The notes: generated by a model not told the origin, from the letters alone. A stretch of DNA of 64,000 bases from a virus (IMGVR_UViG_3300033481_000147:3523-67522); one strand, 5' to 3'; positions 40,127 through 51,179 are shown, numbered from the stretch's first letter. Numbers and translations are program-made.

Positions 40127-41011
40127 ATGTCACGTGGAGCTATCATGCAGACTGGATGGGGTAGCGCAATAGGAAAAGTTAATCCTAGCTTTATCCGTCC
40201 ACCACGCCCTTATTTTTCAGTAAGATTAAAAAATCTTAGTCATTTAGGATTAAAGATTCCAAATAAATATTATGGTGATACTTTAACCTTTGATGAAATG
40301 GAAGCTTTGAATATCGATTGGGGTGACAATGAAACATTAGTTTATGATTCATTACAAACTAGTTGGTCTTACGTTTGGAATCTTGGTAAGAAAACATTTA
40401 CGGTTACAGATGGTAATGGCGCAATAACAATCAAAACAAATGTTACGACTATTAGTGATCTAGGAATTTGTTATGATATATTAGAAAGCCACAATTTTGC
40501 AATTGAGCTAACCTCGGATTTAGATTTACCAGCTTTTTTTATTGGTTCACGGGCAATGGAGAAAAAGGCTTCGATAATGCAAAGTATTCGTTGGTCAAGT
40601 ATCGAAGCGTATTTAAATTCTATAATGCATGTAGCTTTTAAGCGTTTAATTGAAAGAGACGAAACAGGATTATCTGTAGAAGATATTTTTAATCTTGGTT
40701 TACAAATTAATGATACTGAACGAAATGTATTGTTAGCTAAAATAACGAGCTTAAAAGCATATGGTCAATATCCTATGAATTTCTTGCAAGGCGATCAAGC
40801 TATAGCGGTAACACGTGAGCTAATTCGTCAAGGAACTATGCTGATTTTAGGCGAGTTTCTAATGATACAAACATTTGCTTCAATTAACAAAATGACAAAA
40901 CCAGTCGTGGAGCCTTGGATGTTATGGGATTTGTGGAAATGGATAGGACGATCAAGTGTAACAATTACAAGAGATAGAGCATTTGATCTGAGTCCATGGT
41001 GGGGGTCATAG
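40127..41011 (+). CDS. Tail-region hypothetical protein
   Basis: Operon position. Confidence 0.55.
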   Translation: MSRGAIMQTGWGSAIGKVNPSFIRPPRPYFSVRLKNLSHLGLKIPNKYYGDTLTFDEMEALNIDWGDNETLVYDSLQTSWSYVWNLGKKTFTVTDGNGAITIKTNVTTISDLGICYDILESHNFAIELTSDLDLPAFFIGSRAMEKKASIMQSIRWSSIEAYLNSIMHVAFKRLIERDETGLSVEDIFNLGLQINDTERNVLLAKITSLKAYGQYPMNFLQGDQAIAVTRELIRQGTMLILGEFLMIQTFASINKMTKPVVEPWMLWDLWKWIGRSSVTITRDRAFDLSPWWGS

Positions 41012-41012
41012 T

Positions 41013-42227
41013 ATGGCAGAACAAAAAATAACTGAAACAATAGAATTCTTGACGCAAATTCATACCGCTTGGGATAACAGCGAACAAAGAGCCGCATTAA
41101 GAGTTTATCCGCGACGAAGTGTTGCTTATGATTATATAGGTATGAACGCAAAGCAAAGTCAATATTTACGGAATTTGATTTACGCAGGGCAGACAACGCT
41201 TATGCAAATACCTATATGGCATGCTGCATACCAGACAGATCGTATTTGTTATGCAGGTGGTAATTCAGCTATGGTTACACCTTCTTCCATTTGGCAATAT
41301 AGAGGTTGTTCATATATCCAGCTCTGGTTAGATGATAAATATGGTGGCGAAATTTACCCTGTTACGCAATATTTTGGTACAGGTGAAATTGCGTTAAATA
41401 AACAATTCACCGATAATTGGGCAGCAGGTTCTACAAAAATACATCCTTTAGCTTGGGCCGTATTATCAAAAGAAAATAAATTCTCTAATACTACCGCTTG
41501 GTATTCTTCTACAACATTTAACTTTGAGATCATAAGGGAGTCACAAGCACCAAATATTCCAGATGCATTAAACTATTTACATGATGAAACGGTTAGTAGA
41601 AGGTTCGCTAAAAATCTATCAACTGACTATAACGGGTATGAACTATTTTTAACACCGCCTTCATGGAATAACGATTTAACCGCTAGCTATACGAGAAATG
41701 CAGAGCGATTGGATAATGAATCCGGAACATTTGTTTATGATATGCGAAGTACCTTACCGAAAGAAACAAGAGAATTGGATTATACAATGATGAGCCGTAG
41801 TCAGATTAATAACTTGCAACGGTTTTTTTATCGCTGCATGGGAAGATTAAAAAGCTTTTATTATCCAACTTGGCTTAATGATGTTGACTTGGCTAAAGAT
41901 GCGTATAAGGGTGATATAGTACTTTACACGAAGTTCGTCTATTACTGGAAATATTGTTCATCTAATCCGAACAGAAAATTGTTAATTGTATTTTATCGAA
42001 ACGGCAGTGCCGAAATTATTAAAGTTTCTGGCTATTCCACAGATTCTACAGGAGAGTACGGTAAGATCTATTTACAGTCGTCTTTGAAAAACGATCTAAC
42101 TAACAATAATGTAGCTAAAATATCTTTTCTGTGTAAATACCGTTTAGATTCAGATACATTGGAAACTGACTATGAGACTTGCGAAGTAGCAAGTACAACT
42201 TTATCGATGGTGGAGGTGAGTGATTAA
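41013..42227 (+). CDS. Distal tail (Dit-like) protein
   Basis: TEFLT...EQRAALR.PRR and GRLKSFYYPTW patterns. Confidence 0.55.
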   Translation: MAEQKITETIEFLTQIHTAWDNSEQRAALRVYPRRSVAYDYIGMNAKQSQYLRNLIYAGQTTLMQIPIWHAAYQTDRICYAGGNSAMVTPSSIWQYRGCSYIQLWLDDKYGGEIYPVTQYFGTGEIALNKQFTDNWAAGSTKIHPLAWAVLSKENKFSNTTAWYSSTTFNFEIIRESQAPNIPDALNYLHDETVSRRFAKNLSTDYNGYELFLTPPSWNNDLTASYTRNAERLDNESGTFVYDMRSTLPKETRELDYTMMSRSQINNLQRFFYRCMGRLKSFYYPTWLNDVDLAKDAYKGDIVLYTKFVYYWKYCSSNPNRKLLIVFYRNGSAEIIKVSGYSTDSTGEYGKIYLQSSLKNDLTNNNVAKISFLCKYRLDSDTLETDYETCEVASTTLSMVEVSD

Positions 42228-43124
42228 ATGGCAGATACAAACATAGGCACTTATGAAAACAGCCAGCAAGACGGTAGGCCGCTTGAATGCTATAAATTTA
42301 ATTTAAATGGAACTGATTATTTATATACAAGTGCTTCACGTGATATTGATGTAGTGTATACCGATAACGGAGTCACTTCTACGGAAACCTATTTTTCGGA
42401 CTATATCACAAGAGAAACAATTAAACCTAATTCAAAAGGAAGTACGGCGGCATTAGTCGTTACAGTTCCTAAAGATAATGTTATTGCCAAGGCATATCAA
42501 GGACCGCCACCTGAAACACCTGTCACACTTAAAGTACTAAGGCTGCATGAGCAAGATCACACTAAGCTTGATATTATTTTTACAGGCAGAATTGCACAGG
42601 GATCTTTCATCAATTCTAGCTGTGAGCTAACGGTCAAAATGGAAGGCTATATGTCAAAGGAAATTCCCAACGGTAAAAGACAGTTTACTTGTGGTAACGT
42701 TATTTACGATAAAAAATGCCGATTGAAAGAATCTGATTTAACGGTAAATGCCTATATTGATAGTATTAATGGATTAAATATATATTCATCGACATTTGCT
42801 AAGTATGCCGATAATTATTTTGTTGGCGGTGTAATTAGGTATAAAAGCAGTATTAGGCAGGTTTCCTTGCATGTAGGTAATAGAATCAGATTAAAGTATC
42901 CGTTTATAGAAACACCAAGTGCAGATATTACAATCGCACCTGGTTGTGATCATTTATTTAAAACTTGTGCAATTAAATTTAAAAACACACTTAATTTTAC
43001 AGGTTGTCCTTACGTTCCGCCGGCTAATCCAGAACATACTGCTGTTGGACGTGGCGTATATTGGGTTGATTCGCTAGTGATACAGCGTGATACAGACGGA
43101 TTTATTGGTACCATTGAAATATGA
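42228..43124 (+). CDS. DUF2163/BR0599-type tail hub protein
   Basis: C-x4-YDKKC, GCDHLFKTC..KF.N..NF.GCPYVP. Confidence 0.8.
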   Translation: MADTNIGTYENSQQDGRPLECYKFNLNGTDYLYTSASRDIDVVYTDNGVTSTETYFSDYITRETIKPNSKGSTAALVVTVPKDNVIAKAYQGPPPETPVTLKVLRLHEQDHTKLDIIFTGRIAQGSFINSSCELTVKMEGYMSKEIPNGKRQFTCGNVIYDKKCRLKESDLTVNAYIDSINGLNIYSSTFAKYADNYFVGGVIRYKSSIRQVSLHVGNRIRLKYPFIETPSADITIAPGCDHLFKTCAIKFKNTLNFTGCPYVPPANPEHTAVGRGVYWVDSLVIQRDTDGFIGTIEI

Positions 43125-43127
43125 TAG

Positions 43128-46100
43128 GTGGTGCAAAACATGTCAACTAATCCTTGGGTAGGCTGGAGCATAACAGCTTTAGCTTATTTCTTTTTAAATA
43201 AGAGTTCATCTAGTGATTCTGAATCTTCCGATCCCGCAGAATTAAGCTTTACTGAAACTAGCATAGGAACACCGATTCCGGCAGTCATGGGAAGAACGAT
43301 TCTAAAAGATCCTCTAACTATTTACTATGGTGGATTTTCGTCTAGTATTTATACAGAGGCATATGCCGCGCACGCTAATTTTTCGGCATGGCCAGTAATC
43401 TTATCGGAATTAGCTAAATATTTTCTTGAAAAAACTACGGGTACAGCGGCCAAACCTCATACACATGGGTGGAGTGGTGGAAACGAAGGTGGGCCTGTTG
43501 GTGGAACGACCACAGAAGAAGATACACCGCCGCTGCCAATTAAAGAAGTTAAAGCTGGCAAATACATAATGCTTGCCATTCAATGGCTTTTAAGTTGGTT
43601 GATTAATCAGCGTAACCTAAGAACTACAATCCAAAAAGGTTTTAAGTATTACCTAGGCTATCAGCAATTATGGGCTTGGTCTGGCGAAGGTGCGAGGGTT
43701 CGCGCCTTATATATGAATAAATATGATAGCGATACAGAAGAATCCGATATGGGGGCGGTTTGGAGTGGTGACGAATCAAGAGAAGCACATACGCCTAATC
43801 CTTTTACAATTAGTATTAATGATGATGAATTATTTGGTGGTGCTGATGAACAAGGTGGTTTTATAGGGAATTACAATGTTTATTTCGGTGGAGATACGCA
43901 AGGCGTAGATTCATGGATGGTCGAACAAATGAGTCAAGATAGTGTGCAGGAAGAATTAAGAGGTTTGACACCTGCGTATAGACCTTACTTAATGACGGTT
44001 GTTCCTGGAGCTTATGTTGGTAAATCAGCGACTATTCCTACGGTATGGATTGACTATCAATGGATACCTAACAGATTAGGTTTAGGTGCTATTGGTGATG
44101 ATGCTAACCCTGCTGAGATAATCTATGAAATCTATGTAAATGAAGATTGGGGAATGAATCAAACGGATGAAGTTGTAAACGTAGAGTCTCTAATTGAGAT
44201 GGGGGAAACGCTTAAAACTGAAGGTATTGGCTTAACTGTCAAAATCAGCACGTTAACCGATGGCGCAACAGTAATTGACAGCATATTGGAACATATTAAC
44301 GGAGTCAGGTATCAGGAACCAACGACAGGTAAATGGACGTATAAATTGATTCGTGATGATCTTGACGCTACTACAGCGACATTAATAGACGAAACAAACT
44401 GCTCTGAAATTACTTATACTCGTTTAGATTGGCAAGAAACTATAGGGGAAATTTCGGTAACATATACGGATAGAAATAATCAGTACGAAGAAAGTTCTCT
44501 ACAAGATAGTGATCCGGCAGTAATCGAAATAAATGGCGGAAGTAAAACAACAAAATCATACAATTATCTATATTTCACTAGTGCAGAAAATGCGTTATGG
44601 GCAGCACAGCGCGAAGAAATGCAGCAAGGTTATCCTTTAGCTACTGCTAGCATTACAGGGAATAGAACTTTATCTGCGGAAAGAATTGGTGAAGTTGTCC
44701 GTTTGAATTTTCCTGCATACGGAATTAAAAACATGTTCTTCCGTGTTACTGACGTTGATATTGGTACATTCATTGAAGGCAAGGTTAAATTAGAATTAAT
44801 CGAAGATGTTTTCAGTTTGGAAAAAACTACTTTTGGTTATTCTGGTTCAACGAATTGGAATCCAGATGCCAAAACACCAACAGGTGTACAAAATTATAGG
44901 TTTATGGAAATGCCTTATGAATTAATGCCAGAAAAAAATAGTTATGTATTTGCTTTTGCCAATCAACCAGATACAGACACCATTAAGTGGACTGTGTGGC
45001 GTAATTCTGGTGAATCATTTGTAAGTACGTCAAGTATGACCAAATGGACAACAACAGGCCGCTTAGTATACGACTATGGGGAATTTACGGATGCTATTGA
45101 TTATGATGGTATTCAAATTATTGACTTTGGCGGATTAGATAAATTACAATCATCACTATTAAGTACAGGCTTACCAAACGTAGAAAGTGCAAGACAGGGC
45201 GGTAAGATTATGATTATTGGTGATGAGATAATGGCATGGTCCAGTATTGAAAAAATGGCAAACGGGAATTACTTGCTAAAAGGTATTATTCGTGGAATCT
45301 ATGACACGGTACCGCAGTCACATGGAAGCGGTGACAATATATTCTTTGTCGAATCTTCTAAAATTGCTAATGTTACGACTGGTGGATATGTTTGTGAAGC
45401 TGGTAAAACTGTATCAGAAATTTATACAATAACCACTTCAAGCGTAGATGAATCAGAAGAGTTTAATACCTTGAAAGCAGTAGATTTAACCACAGTTCGT
45501 AGAGCAGAACGTCCATTGCCACCCGCAAAATTTAGAATGTCATGCTTTAATGTAACCGATCAAAAGAAATTAACTAATCCATATGGCGATATTACAATGA
45601 CTTGGGTTAATCGTAATAAGGATATGAAATATGGTGTGGCCTCACAAGATGATACTGCAGAGTATTGGACAACCTTGGATTATACGTTGCCGGATGGAGC
45701 AAGTTATTTGATCAAGGCGTATGTTGGCAGCATAAAGGTTGCTGAATATATTCCGACGAATAACGAATTTATCTATACATGGGCGCAACGGTGCAAAGAT
45801 AGTACCGATATTGATAGTGAGACAAGATTAGAACTGTACACTGCGAAAGACGGTTTAGAATCTTATCAAGCACAAAAACGTACGTTCTTATGGAAGTATC
45901 CTACTATGGTAGATGCGTGTTTAAGTGAAAATGAAATAAAAGCTAGGTTAGCTAATTGGGCTGTTTCTGATAGAATCGTTATACCTGCAAATGATTACAC
46001 GGTACAACGACAATTATTCTATACAGAGATGCCTATTTTTATTTTAGGTACTGAAACAACAGCAGATGTTACAGGAGCAGTTTTAAATTATGCTGGCAAA

Positions 46101-46244
46101 TATATTTTGCCTAACAACCAGATTGCAATTGTTACAGGTAAAGATACATATACAATTGCAACTGTAGAAAATGGTTATATCTTCAGGGGTTTATTTATTG
46201 CTGAAGGACAAGGCGGAGATACAACATACAAGCTAGGAGGTTGA
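43128..46244 (+). CDS. Central tail fibre / tip attachment protein
   Basis: GTPIPAVMGR, DANPAEIIYE, RGIYDTVPQSH; 1038 aa. Confidence 0.75.
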   Translation: MVQNMSTNPWVGWSITALAYFFLNKSSSSDSESSDPAELSFTETSIGTPIPAVMGRTILKDPLTIYYGGFSSSIYTEAYAAHANFSAWPVILSELAKYFLEKTTGTAAKPHTHGWSGGNEGGPVGGTTTEEDTPPLPIKEVKAGKYIMLAIQWLLSWLINQRNLRTTIQKGFKYYLGYQQLWAWSGEGARVRALYMNKYDSDTEESDMGAVWSGDESREAHTPNPFTISINDDELFGGADEQGGFIGNYNVYFGGDTQGVDSWMVEQMSQDSVQEELRGLTPAYRPYLMTVVPGAYVGKSATIPTVWIDYQWIPNRLGLGAIGDDANPAEIIYEIYVNEDWGMNQTDEVVNVESLIEMGETLKTEGIGLTVKISTLTDGATVIDSILEHINGVRYQEPTTGKWTYKLIRDDLDATTATLIDETNCSEITYTRLDWQETIGEISVTYTDRNNQYEESSLQDSDPAVIEINGGSKTTKSYNYLYFTSAENALWAAQREEMQQGYPLATASITGNRTLSAERIGEVVRLNFPAYGIKNMFFRVTDVDIGTFIEGKVKLELIEDVFSLEKTTFGYSGSTNWNPDAKTPTGVQNYRFMEMPYELMPEKNSYVFAFANQPDTDTIKWTVWRNSGESFVSTSSMTKWTTTGRLVYDYGEFTDAIDYDGIQIIDFGGLDKLQSSLLSTGLPNVESARQGGKIMIIGDEIMAWSSIEKMANGNYLLKGIIRGIYDTVPQSHGSGDNIFFVESSKIANVTTGGYVCEAGKTVSEIYTITTSSVDESEEFNTLKAVDLTTVRRAERPLPPAKFRMSCFNVTDQKKLTNPYGDITMTWVNRNKDMKYGVASQDDTAEYWTTLDYTLPDGASYLIKAYVGSIKVAEYIPTNNEFIYTWAQRCKDSTDIDSETRLELYTAKDGLESYQAQKRTFLWKYPTMVDACLSENEIKARLANWAVSDRIVIPANDYTVQRQLFYTEMPIFILGTETTADVTGAVLNYAGKYILPNNQIAIVTGKDTYTIATVENGYIFRGLFIAEGQGGDTTYKLGG

Positions 46245-46248
46245 TACA

Positions 46249-47391
46249 ATGGCAGATACAACAACAAATTTAAGCATCCCGCTACTTAAAGGCACAACAA
46301 TGGTCAGCAAAACAGCTATTAATGATTCATTAGAAGCTGTCGATGAAAACGCCCTGCCTAACAGTCATGCAGAAAGCAAGGCACATTTCGATATGTGGCA
46401 GCCGAACATGGAATATAAAAAACAGGCAGCAGTTAAAACCCCAACTTGTCCAAGCTGGGGTTTTTATTCGTGCAGTGTTCCTGGTACTTCAGGAACAACT
46501 GAACCTATTGGATATGGCGAGGGTGATGTTATTGTAGATAATGGTGTAACCTGGATTTTAAAACCATTTGGCGGTGCATCAAGTATAAAACATGGTGATT
46601 TAACAGGCAGAAATGTAGCCGATCAGCATACGATTGCTGCGATAACAGGCCTACAAATGGCATTGGATGCGAAAGAAAGTCTGGCTAATAAGGGGCAAGC
46701 TGGTGGTTATCCAAACTTAAATGCAGATGGTTATGTTCCTCTGGCACAATTACCGCCTAACATAAAAGAAATGCGGGTTGTTAGTAATATAGCAGCTCGT
46801 GATGCTATTACAGGTGCTGACTTGTATGAAAGTTTACAAGTACACGTAATTGATGCCACTGGAGACCCTACTGTTAAGTCGGGCTGGGCTGAATATATTT
46901 ATGATGCTACAAATACAACTTGGGTTAAGCGTGCTGAAAAGGAAAGTATGGATGTAATTCTTGATTATGCCAACATTCAAAATATCCCCATTGCTGTCAG
47001 TAACTTATCTGTTGTCAACGGCAAGTTATTTTATAACGGTTCTCCGGTCTATGATGACGTGAGGACTGTTGTTTTTGTTGGCGGCAGCACGGAGATTGTA
47101 TATCCTTTTTCCGGCACAATACAAAAGATTGCGGTTATTTGTTCCGAGCCACAATCTTCGGATTTATCCTTTAATGTCGAAGTGCAGACGAAAGCAAATT
47201 ATCAAGCACAAGCAGATGTTTGGAATTTAGTTGGCGGCAGTGCATTAACATTGACAGCTAATACAGCTTTACAGGAATACACAAATTTAGGTTCAACAAA
47301 TTTAACAATTTCAGCAGGCGATGTGCTACGTGCCTCAACTGCTGGCGATGATACTGGCGTGGTTTTTCACGTCACTATAAAGAATAATTAA
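46249..47391 (+). CDS. Tail fibre-like protein with CBM-like motif
   Basis: WQPNMEY...DNGVTW; GYPNLNADGYVPLAQLP. Confidence 0.6.
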   Translation: MADTTTNLSIPLLKGTTMVSKTAINDSLEAVDENALPNSHAESKAHFDMWQPNMEYKKQAAVKTPTCPSWGFYSCSVPGTSGTTEPIGYGEGDVIVDNGVTWILKPFGGASSIKHGDLTGRNVADQHTIAAITGLQMALDAKESLANKGQAGGYPNLNADGYVPLAQLPPNIKEMRVVSNIAARDAITGADLYESLQVHVIDATGDPTVKSGWAEYIYDATNTTWVKRAEKESMDVILDYANIQNIPIAVSNLSVVNGKLFYNGSPVYDDVRTVVFVGGSTEIVYPFSGTIQKIAVICSEPQSSDLSFNVEVQTKANYQAQADVWNLVGGSALTLTANTALQEYTNLGSTNLTISAGDVLRASTAGDDTGVVFHVTIKNN

Positions 47392-47415
47392 TAAATTTTA
47401 AGGGGGATTTTTATT

Positions 47416-48285
47416 ATGGCAACACCAACAGATTATATTTTTACAACAGGAACATGCACAAGGGGTGCATTGTATCAATTAATTATTGATAAGTTAACAG
47501 CAGCAGGATGGACGAATATTTCATCTTTATCTAGTTCAGACTATGTAGTTATGCAATCAACTGGTAATACGGGAGATAAAAACTTACTATTAAATCTTCG
47601 TGATGCAAGTGCTACAGCAATTAACCCTACTACTACAACTGATTATTGCGCAATGTCCTATCGCTTGCAGGATACTTACGTTCCAGGGGCGGCAGGAGTA
47701 GCTGGCGTATTTGGTAGACCTGCACTGGCATGGACTAACCTGTTCTTAGCACCAGTTGCGGCAGTAACGACAACATTAGGAAAAGATACAGTTTGCAATT
47801 ACCACGTCTACGCGGATGCAAGTAAATTGATTCTAGAAATTGAATATCCTTCAGTAACAGGTCTTGGTCCGCAGGTAATTTATATGGGTGAACCAGATAC
47901 AATGTTTGTATCCGATTCGGCATCAAGAGGGGTATTAGTGGCTTGTTCATCAAATGGGACAACTGCAAGTTCAGCAATAATTTGTAATACATCTGACACA
48001 GTAGCTTCTGTGTCATCACCATACGCAATTGCAGTTTCTGCATTGTTACCAGCCGGCGACCCAAACGTTGCAGGCAAAACAATGGTTTCATCTTTGTACT
48101 ATGGGAGTGCTTCTGAGTCGTTTAGAGGAAAGCTTGATGGAATAAAAACAGCCTACTATTCTGGAACAAATTTCTTAACTGGTGATACTGTTACAATAGG
48201 TACCCAAACTTATTATGTTGCAATAACCCAAACTACAAATGTTACATCATTTCCCAGTAGAGCAATATTGCTAAGAACGGCATAA
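47416..48285 (+). CDS. Tail-associated structural protein
   Basis: Position; LTAAGWTNI. Confidence 0.55.
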   Translation: MATPTDYIFTTGTCTRGALYQLIIDKLTAAGWTNISSLSSSDYVVMQSTGNTGDKNLLLNLRDASATAINPTTTTDYCAMSYRLQDTYVPGAAGVAGVFGRPALAWTNLFLAPVAAVTTTLGKDTVCNYHVYADASKLILEIEYPSVTGLGPQVIYMGEPDTMFVSDSASRGVLVACSSNGTTASSAIICNTSDTVASVSSPYAIAVSALLPAGDPNVAGKTMVSSLYYGSASESFRGKLDGIKTAYYSGTNFLTGDTVTIGTQTYYVAITQTTNVTSFPSRAILLRTA

Positions 48286-48303
48286 GAAAGGAGGTAACTC
48301 CTT

Positions 48304-50169
48304 ATGTCTACACGTATATATAATTTTGGGAGACTTGCATCTCCTGCAAATTCAGGTACGTTTTCAGTCGATGAGACAAGTTATACTTATACACTATCTG
48401 CCACAACATGGAGTACAGGAACCATTACGCCCCCCATTGACCAATCTGATGCCAGCGGGTGGTATGCTAGTTATTCTGGTTACCAGAATCCATACTGGTC
48501 AGTAAATTTTTCAGCATCCTTACCAGTTTACATGTTGAAAATTTCTACATCTGCCCCAAATACAGTAACTTTAAGAGGTTATGATGGAACTTCATGGGTT
48601 GTAATAACCACATTCTCCGGTAATTTAACACTAGTCCTTAACGGTTCGGTATCATACTCGGGATTTAAAGTAGACACTACTGAGGGTGGATACACAAACA
48701 TATACAATTTTTCTGTTTATAATTTTGAGGTTGCTTTCATATTTAATACAGACCCAATCACAGTTGAGGGTGTTGAGTGTGACGATGAGGTAATTGGTAA
48801 TCAAGTTATTACGGGTAATTCTGGGTTGTTGTTGGACAACCCAGAAACCATAACATTAGGTGATCGTGAGGTTAATATACTATCTGCTGAGAATATTTCT
48901 GATTTAGAATATTTTACCATTACAAGTAGAAATTTTACCGGTTATGAGGAAGAACACCCGTTTGAACTGGCAAATAATGCGGTAAATAATAAAATTGGTT
49001 ATTTTACGGATGATGCAGAGCAGGGAACTCGTTCACGGAATAGGTTTAATGTATTATTGAGTGACATTGAGCTGGGAGTTAGGAGTAGAAATAGGGTCGG
49101 TAATGATACTGATGACATTAATATCAGCTCCCAAGCATCTACAAAATATAATTTAACTGTAACACCTACTCACCAGTATAAAAGTATGCCAGTTGTAGTT
49201 GATGTTAACAGCAGGACTTCCGCAGTAATAACTGGAAAATATTCAGTAACATTAAACGATGTGGCTATAATTCAACCAAGTGTTAGTGATGACTTAATAA
49301 ATAATATTACATTTACAATTAGCCCCAGCCAGTTAACAACGGGCATCAATAAAGCAAGAATAAAATTGTTTTATCCAAATGGTTCACAAGAATATTTAGA
49401 TTTTGAAGTTGTTAAAGAAGAACCAAAGCGAACTATTGCTCAAAGACTATTCAGAGATTACGATGGTGGTTTTGATGGAAACAGTTATGCGCCACCGAAG
49501 ATATTAGTTCCGTCAACATACCCGTGTTGGGGATTGCCAGAAAATAATCCAACGGTTATAAAAACAACTGAATACACAAGAATTCCTTTGAAGGGATATC
49601 TTTCCCTCAGTGGCGTTAATATAGTTGGTAGCGGTTTATCTATATTAGTAAGCTTTGATAAAGGGGTAACTTGGAAATCATTCATTAGTAATGTTTGGAC
49701 ATCGGTTGACATTGCAAATATATCAACGTTGGGAATGACGGTCGCCACCATTAATACGATAACATTGGCGCAGTGGACTGATTCATTTATGCCAACATCA
49801 ATTGATTTTGCTGTGTATTTTAACAAACCACCTATTACAACTTTACTTGCAGTGTATGTTACATCCGGTAGTTTTAAACCAGATAAAAATATAATAGTTA
49901 CATCAACAGCTCTACATTCTGGCGGTATCAATACGGCAACCATAACAATTTACAGTAATCTTCATCCTACTGGTTACACACAATCAGCTTATCAGCAGAC
50001 ATTGTATTATACTGTATCTTCTAACGAATTAGTAACGTTAGTTAATTATACACTTGGTACAAGTAAAGATGTTATTATTTATGGATACAATGTTATTGAT
50101 GCATATCTTAAATCAATAACTGTAAATATGACACCAAGCCCATTTACGGGATATGCGTTTATCATTTAA
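48304..50169 (+). CDS. Putative receptor-binding/tail fibre protein
   Basis: Discoidin-like LRGYDGTSWVVI; S/T-rich beta composition; last tail gene. Confidence 0.55.
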   Translation: MSTRIYNFGRLASPANSGTFSVDETSYTYTLSATTWSTGTITPPIDQSDASGWYASYSGYQNPYWSVNFSASLPVYMLKISTSAPNTVTLRGYDGTSWVVITTFSGNLTLVLNGSVSYSGFKVDTTEGGYTNIYNFSVYNFEVAFIFNTDPITVEGVECDDEVIGNQVITGNSGLLLDNPETITLGDREVNILSAENISDLEYFTITSRNFTGYEEEHPFELANNAVNNKIGYFTDDAEQGTRSRNRFNVLLSDIELGVRSRNRVGNDTDDINISSQASTKYNLTVTPTHQYKSMPVVVDVNSRTSAVITGKYSVTLNDVAIIQPSVSDDLINNITFTISPSQLTTGINKARIKLFYPNGSQEYLDFEVVKEEPKRTIAQRLFRDYDGGFDGNSYAPPKILVPSTYPCWGLPENNPTVIKTTEYTRIPLKGYLSLSGVNIVGSGLSILVSFDKGVTWKSFISNVWTSVDIANISTLGMTVATINTITLAQWTDSFMPTSIDFAVYFNKPPITTLLAVYVTSGSFKPDKNIIVTSTALHSGGINTATITIYSNLHPTGYTQSAYQQTLYYTVSSNELVTLVNYTLGTSKDVIIYGYNVIDAYLKSITVNMTPSPFTGYAFII

Positions 50170-50188
50170 ATATTGAGTTTAGAAAGAG

Positions 50189-50212
50189 GAGCTGAAATAA
50201 GCTCTATTTTTT
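50189..50212 (+). terminator. Terminator-like hairpin between tail and lysis genes
   Basis: GAGCT-gaaata-AGCTC-TATTTTTT. Confidence 0.5.
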
Positions 50213-50214
50213 AT

Positions 50215-50246
50215 GTTTAAAAATTGCAATTCAAAGAATGTATATA
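50215..50246 (+). promoter_or_regulatory. Conserved element copy A (promoter part only)
   Basis: GTTTAAAAA-N8-CAAAGAATGTATATA; no leader hairpin. Confidence 0.7.
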
Positions 50247-50277
50247 AATAAGGGGATTTTTAGAGAGGAGAGGTGTT

Positions 50278-50451
50278 ATGGGTGATGATGTAATTCAAAG
50301 ACTTTTTAGCAAAATTGACAATCTATCTGATCGCTTGGCGCGAGTAGAAACAATGCTGGAAGAACGAGAGAGGAAACAGACGAATATTGCTAGCATAATC
50401 GCCTGGCTAGCAGCAACAGCAGTTGCCATATATGGTGCAGTACATAGATAA
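50278..50451 (+). CDS. XhlA/holin-like small membrane protein (57 aa)
   Basis: Read manually; coiled coil plus C-terminal TM. Confidence 0.65.
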   Translation: MGDDVIQRLFSKIDNLSDRLARVETMLEERERKQTNIASIIAWLAATAVAIYGAVHR

Positions 50452-50463
50452 GAAGGTGAAACA

Positions 50464-50802
50464 TTGAAAAACAGAATATTGGCATTTGCAAACTGGGCGC
50501 AGACGAATTGGCTTGCGCTTGTTATTTTCATGACAGTTATTTTAATGATATTGCTTTGCGTAATTGCATTTTCTTGGATCTTCGGGTATTGGTCAAACGG
50601 TCTATATGGCACAAAATTTGAACTCGGTTCTTGTTGGTCTGGAATAACTGTCGTAATCACTGGCTTTGGTGGGGTGATTGGCCTAGCAAAAGCCGCATGG
50701 ACTAAATACGCTACTGATAGTGAGAAAAATTCACCAATAGGCGAGATGCCAATTAACTTTAAAAATAATATTAATAAAGAGAGGAACGGTTTAAATGGCT
50801 AA
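50464..50802 (+). CDS. Holin
   Basis: Two TM segments, charged tail, precedes endolysins. Confidence 0.75.
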   Translation: MKNRILAFANWAQTNWLALVIFMTVILMILLCVIAFSWIFGYWSNGLYGTKFELGSCWSGITVVITGFGGVIGLAKAAWTKYATDSEKNSPIGEMPINFKNNINKERNGLNG

Positions 50803-51178
50803 ATATTTTAGTGAAGATGAATTTAAATGTAAATGTTGTGGAGAGTTACCAGCTAACGGCATTGATGAAAACTTACAAGAATTATTAGATGATATCAGGG
50901 AAAGAGTAGGACAACCAATTATTTTAAATTGTTGTTATAGATGCGATTCACACAACGCAGAAGTTGGGGGAGTACCAGGCAGCCAGCATAATGCAGATCC
51001 TTGCACAGCTGCCGATATTGATGCATCTGAAATTGGAGTTGAAGAATTAGCGCAAATAGCTGAATCATTAGGTGCAGATGGTGTTGGCCGTTATTTTGGC
51101 GATGCAGGTACTTTTGTGCATGTTGACGTACGTAGTGGTCGCATTGGAGATAATTATCGTTGGAATGAAGGTGAATAA
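50795..51178 (+). CDS. Peptidase M15 endolysin
   Basis: YFSEDEFKC, YRC..HN..VGG...SQH, AADI, FVHVD. Confidence 0.9.
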   Translation: MAKYFSEDEFKCKCCGELPANGIDENLQELLDDIRERVGQPIILNCCYRCDSHNAEVGGVPGSQHNADPCTAADIDASEIGVEELAQIAESLGADGVGRYFGDAGTFVHVDVRSGRIGDNYRWNEGE

Positions 51179-51179
51179 T

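Noticed and set aside
29515-46244. Contractile tail or tailocin
   Set aside because: No sheath or baseplate wedge genes; capsid, portal and terminase present
43128-50169. Diversity-generating retroelement or invertible tail-fibre cassette
   Set aside because: No reverse transcriptase, TR/VR pair, invertase or inverted fibre genes seen
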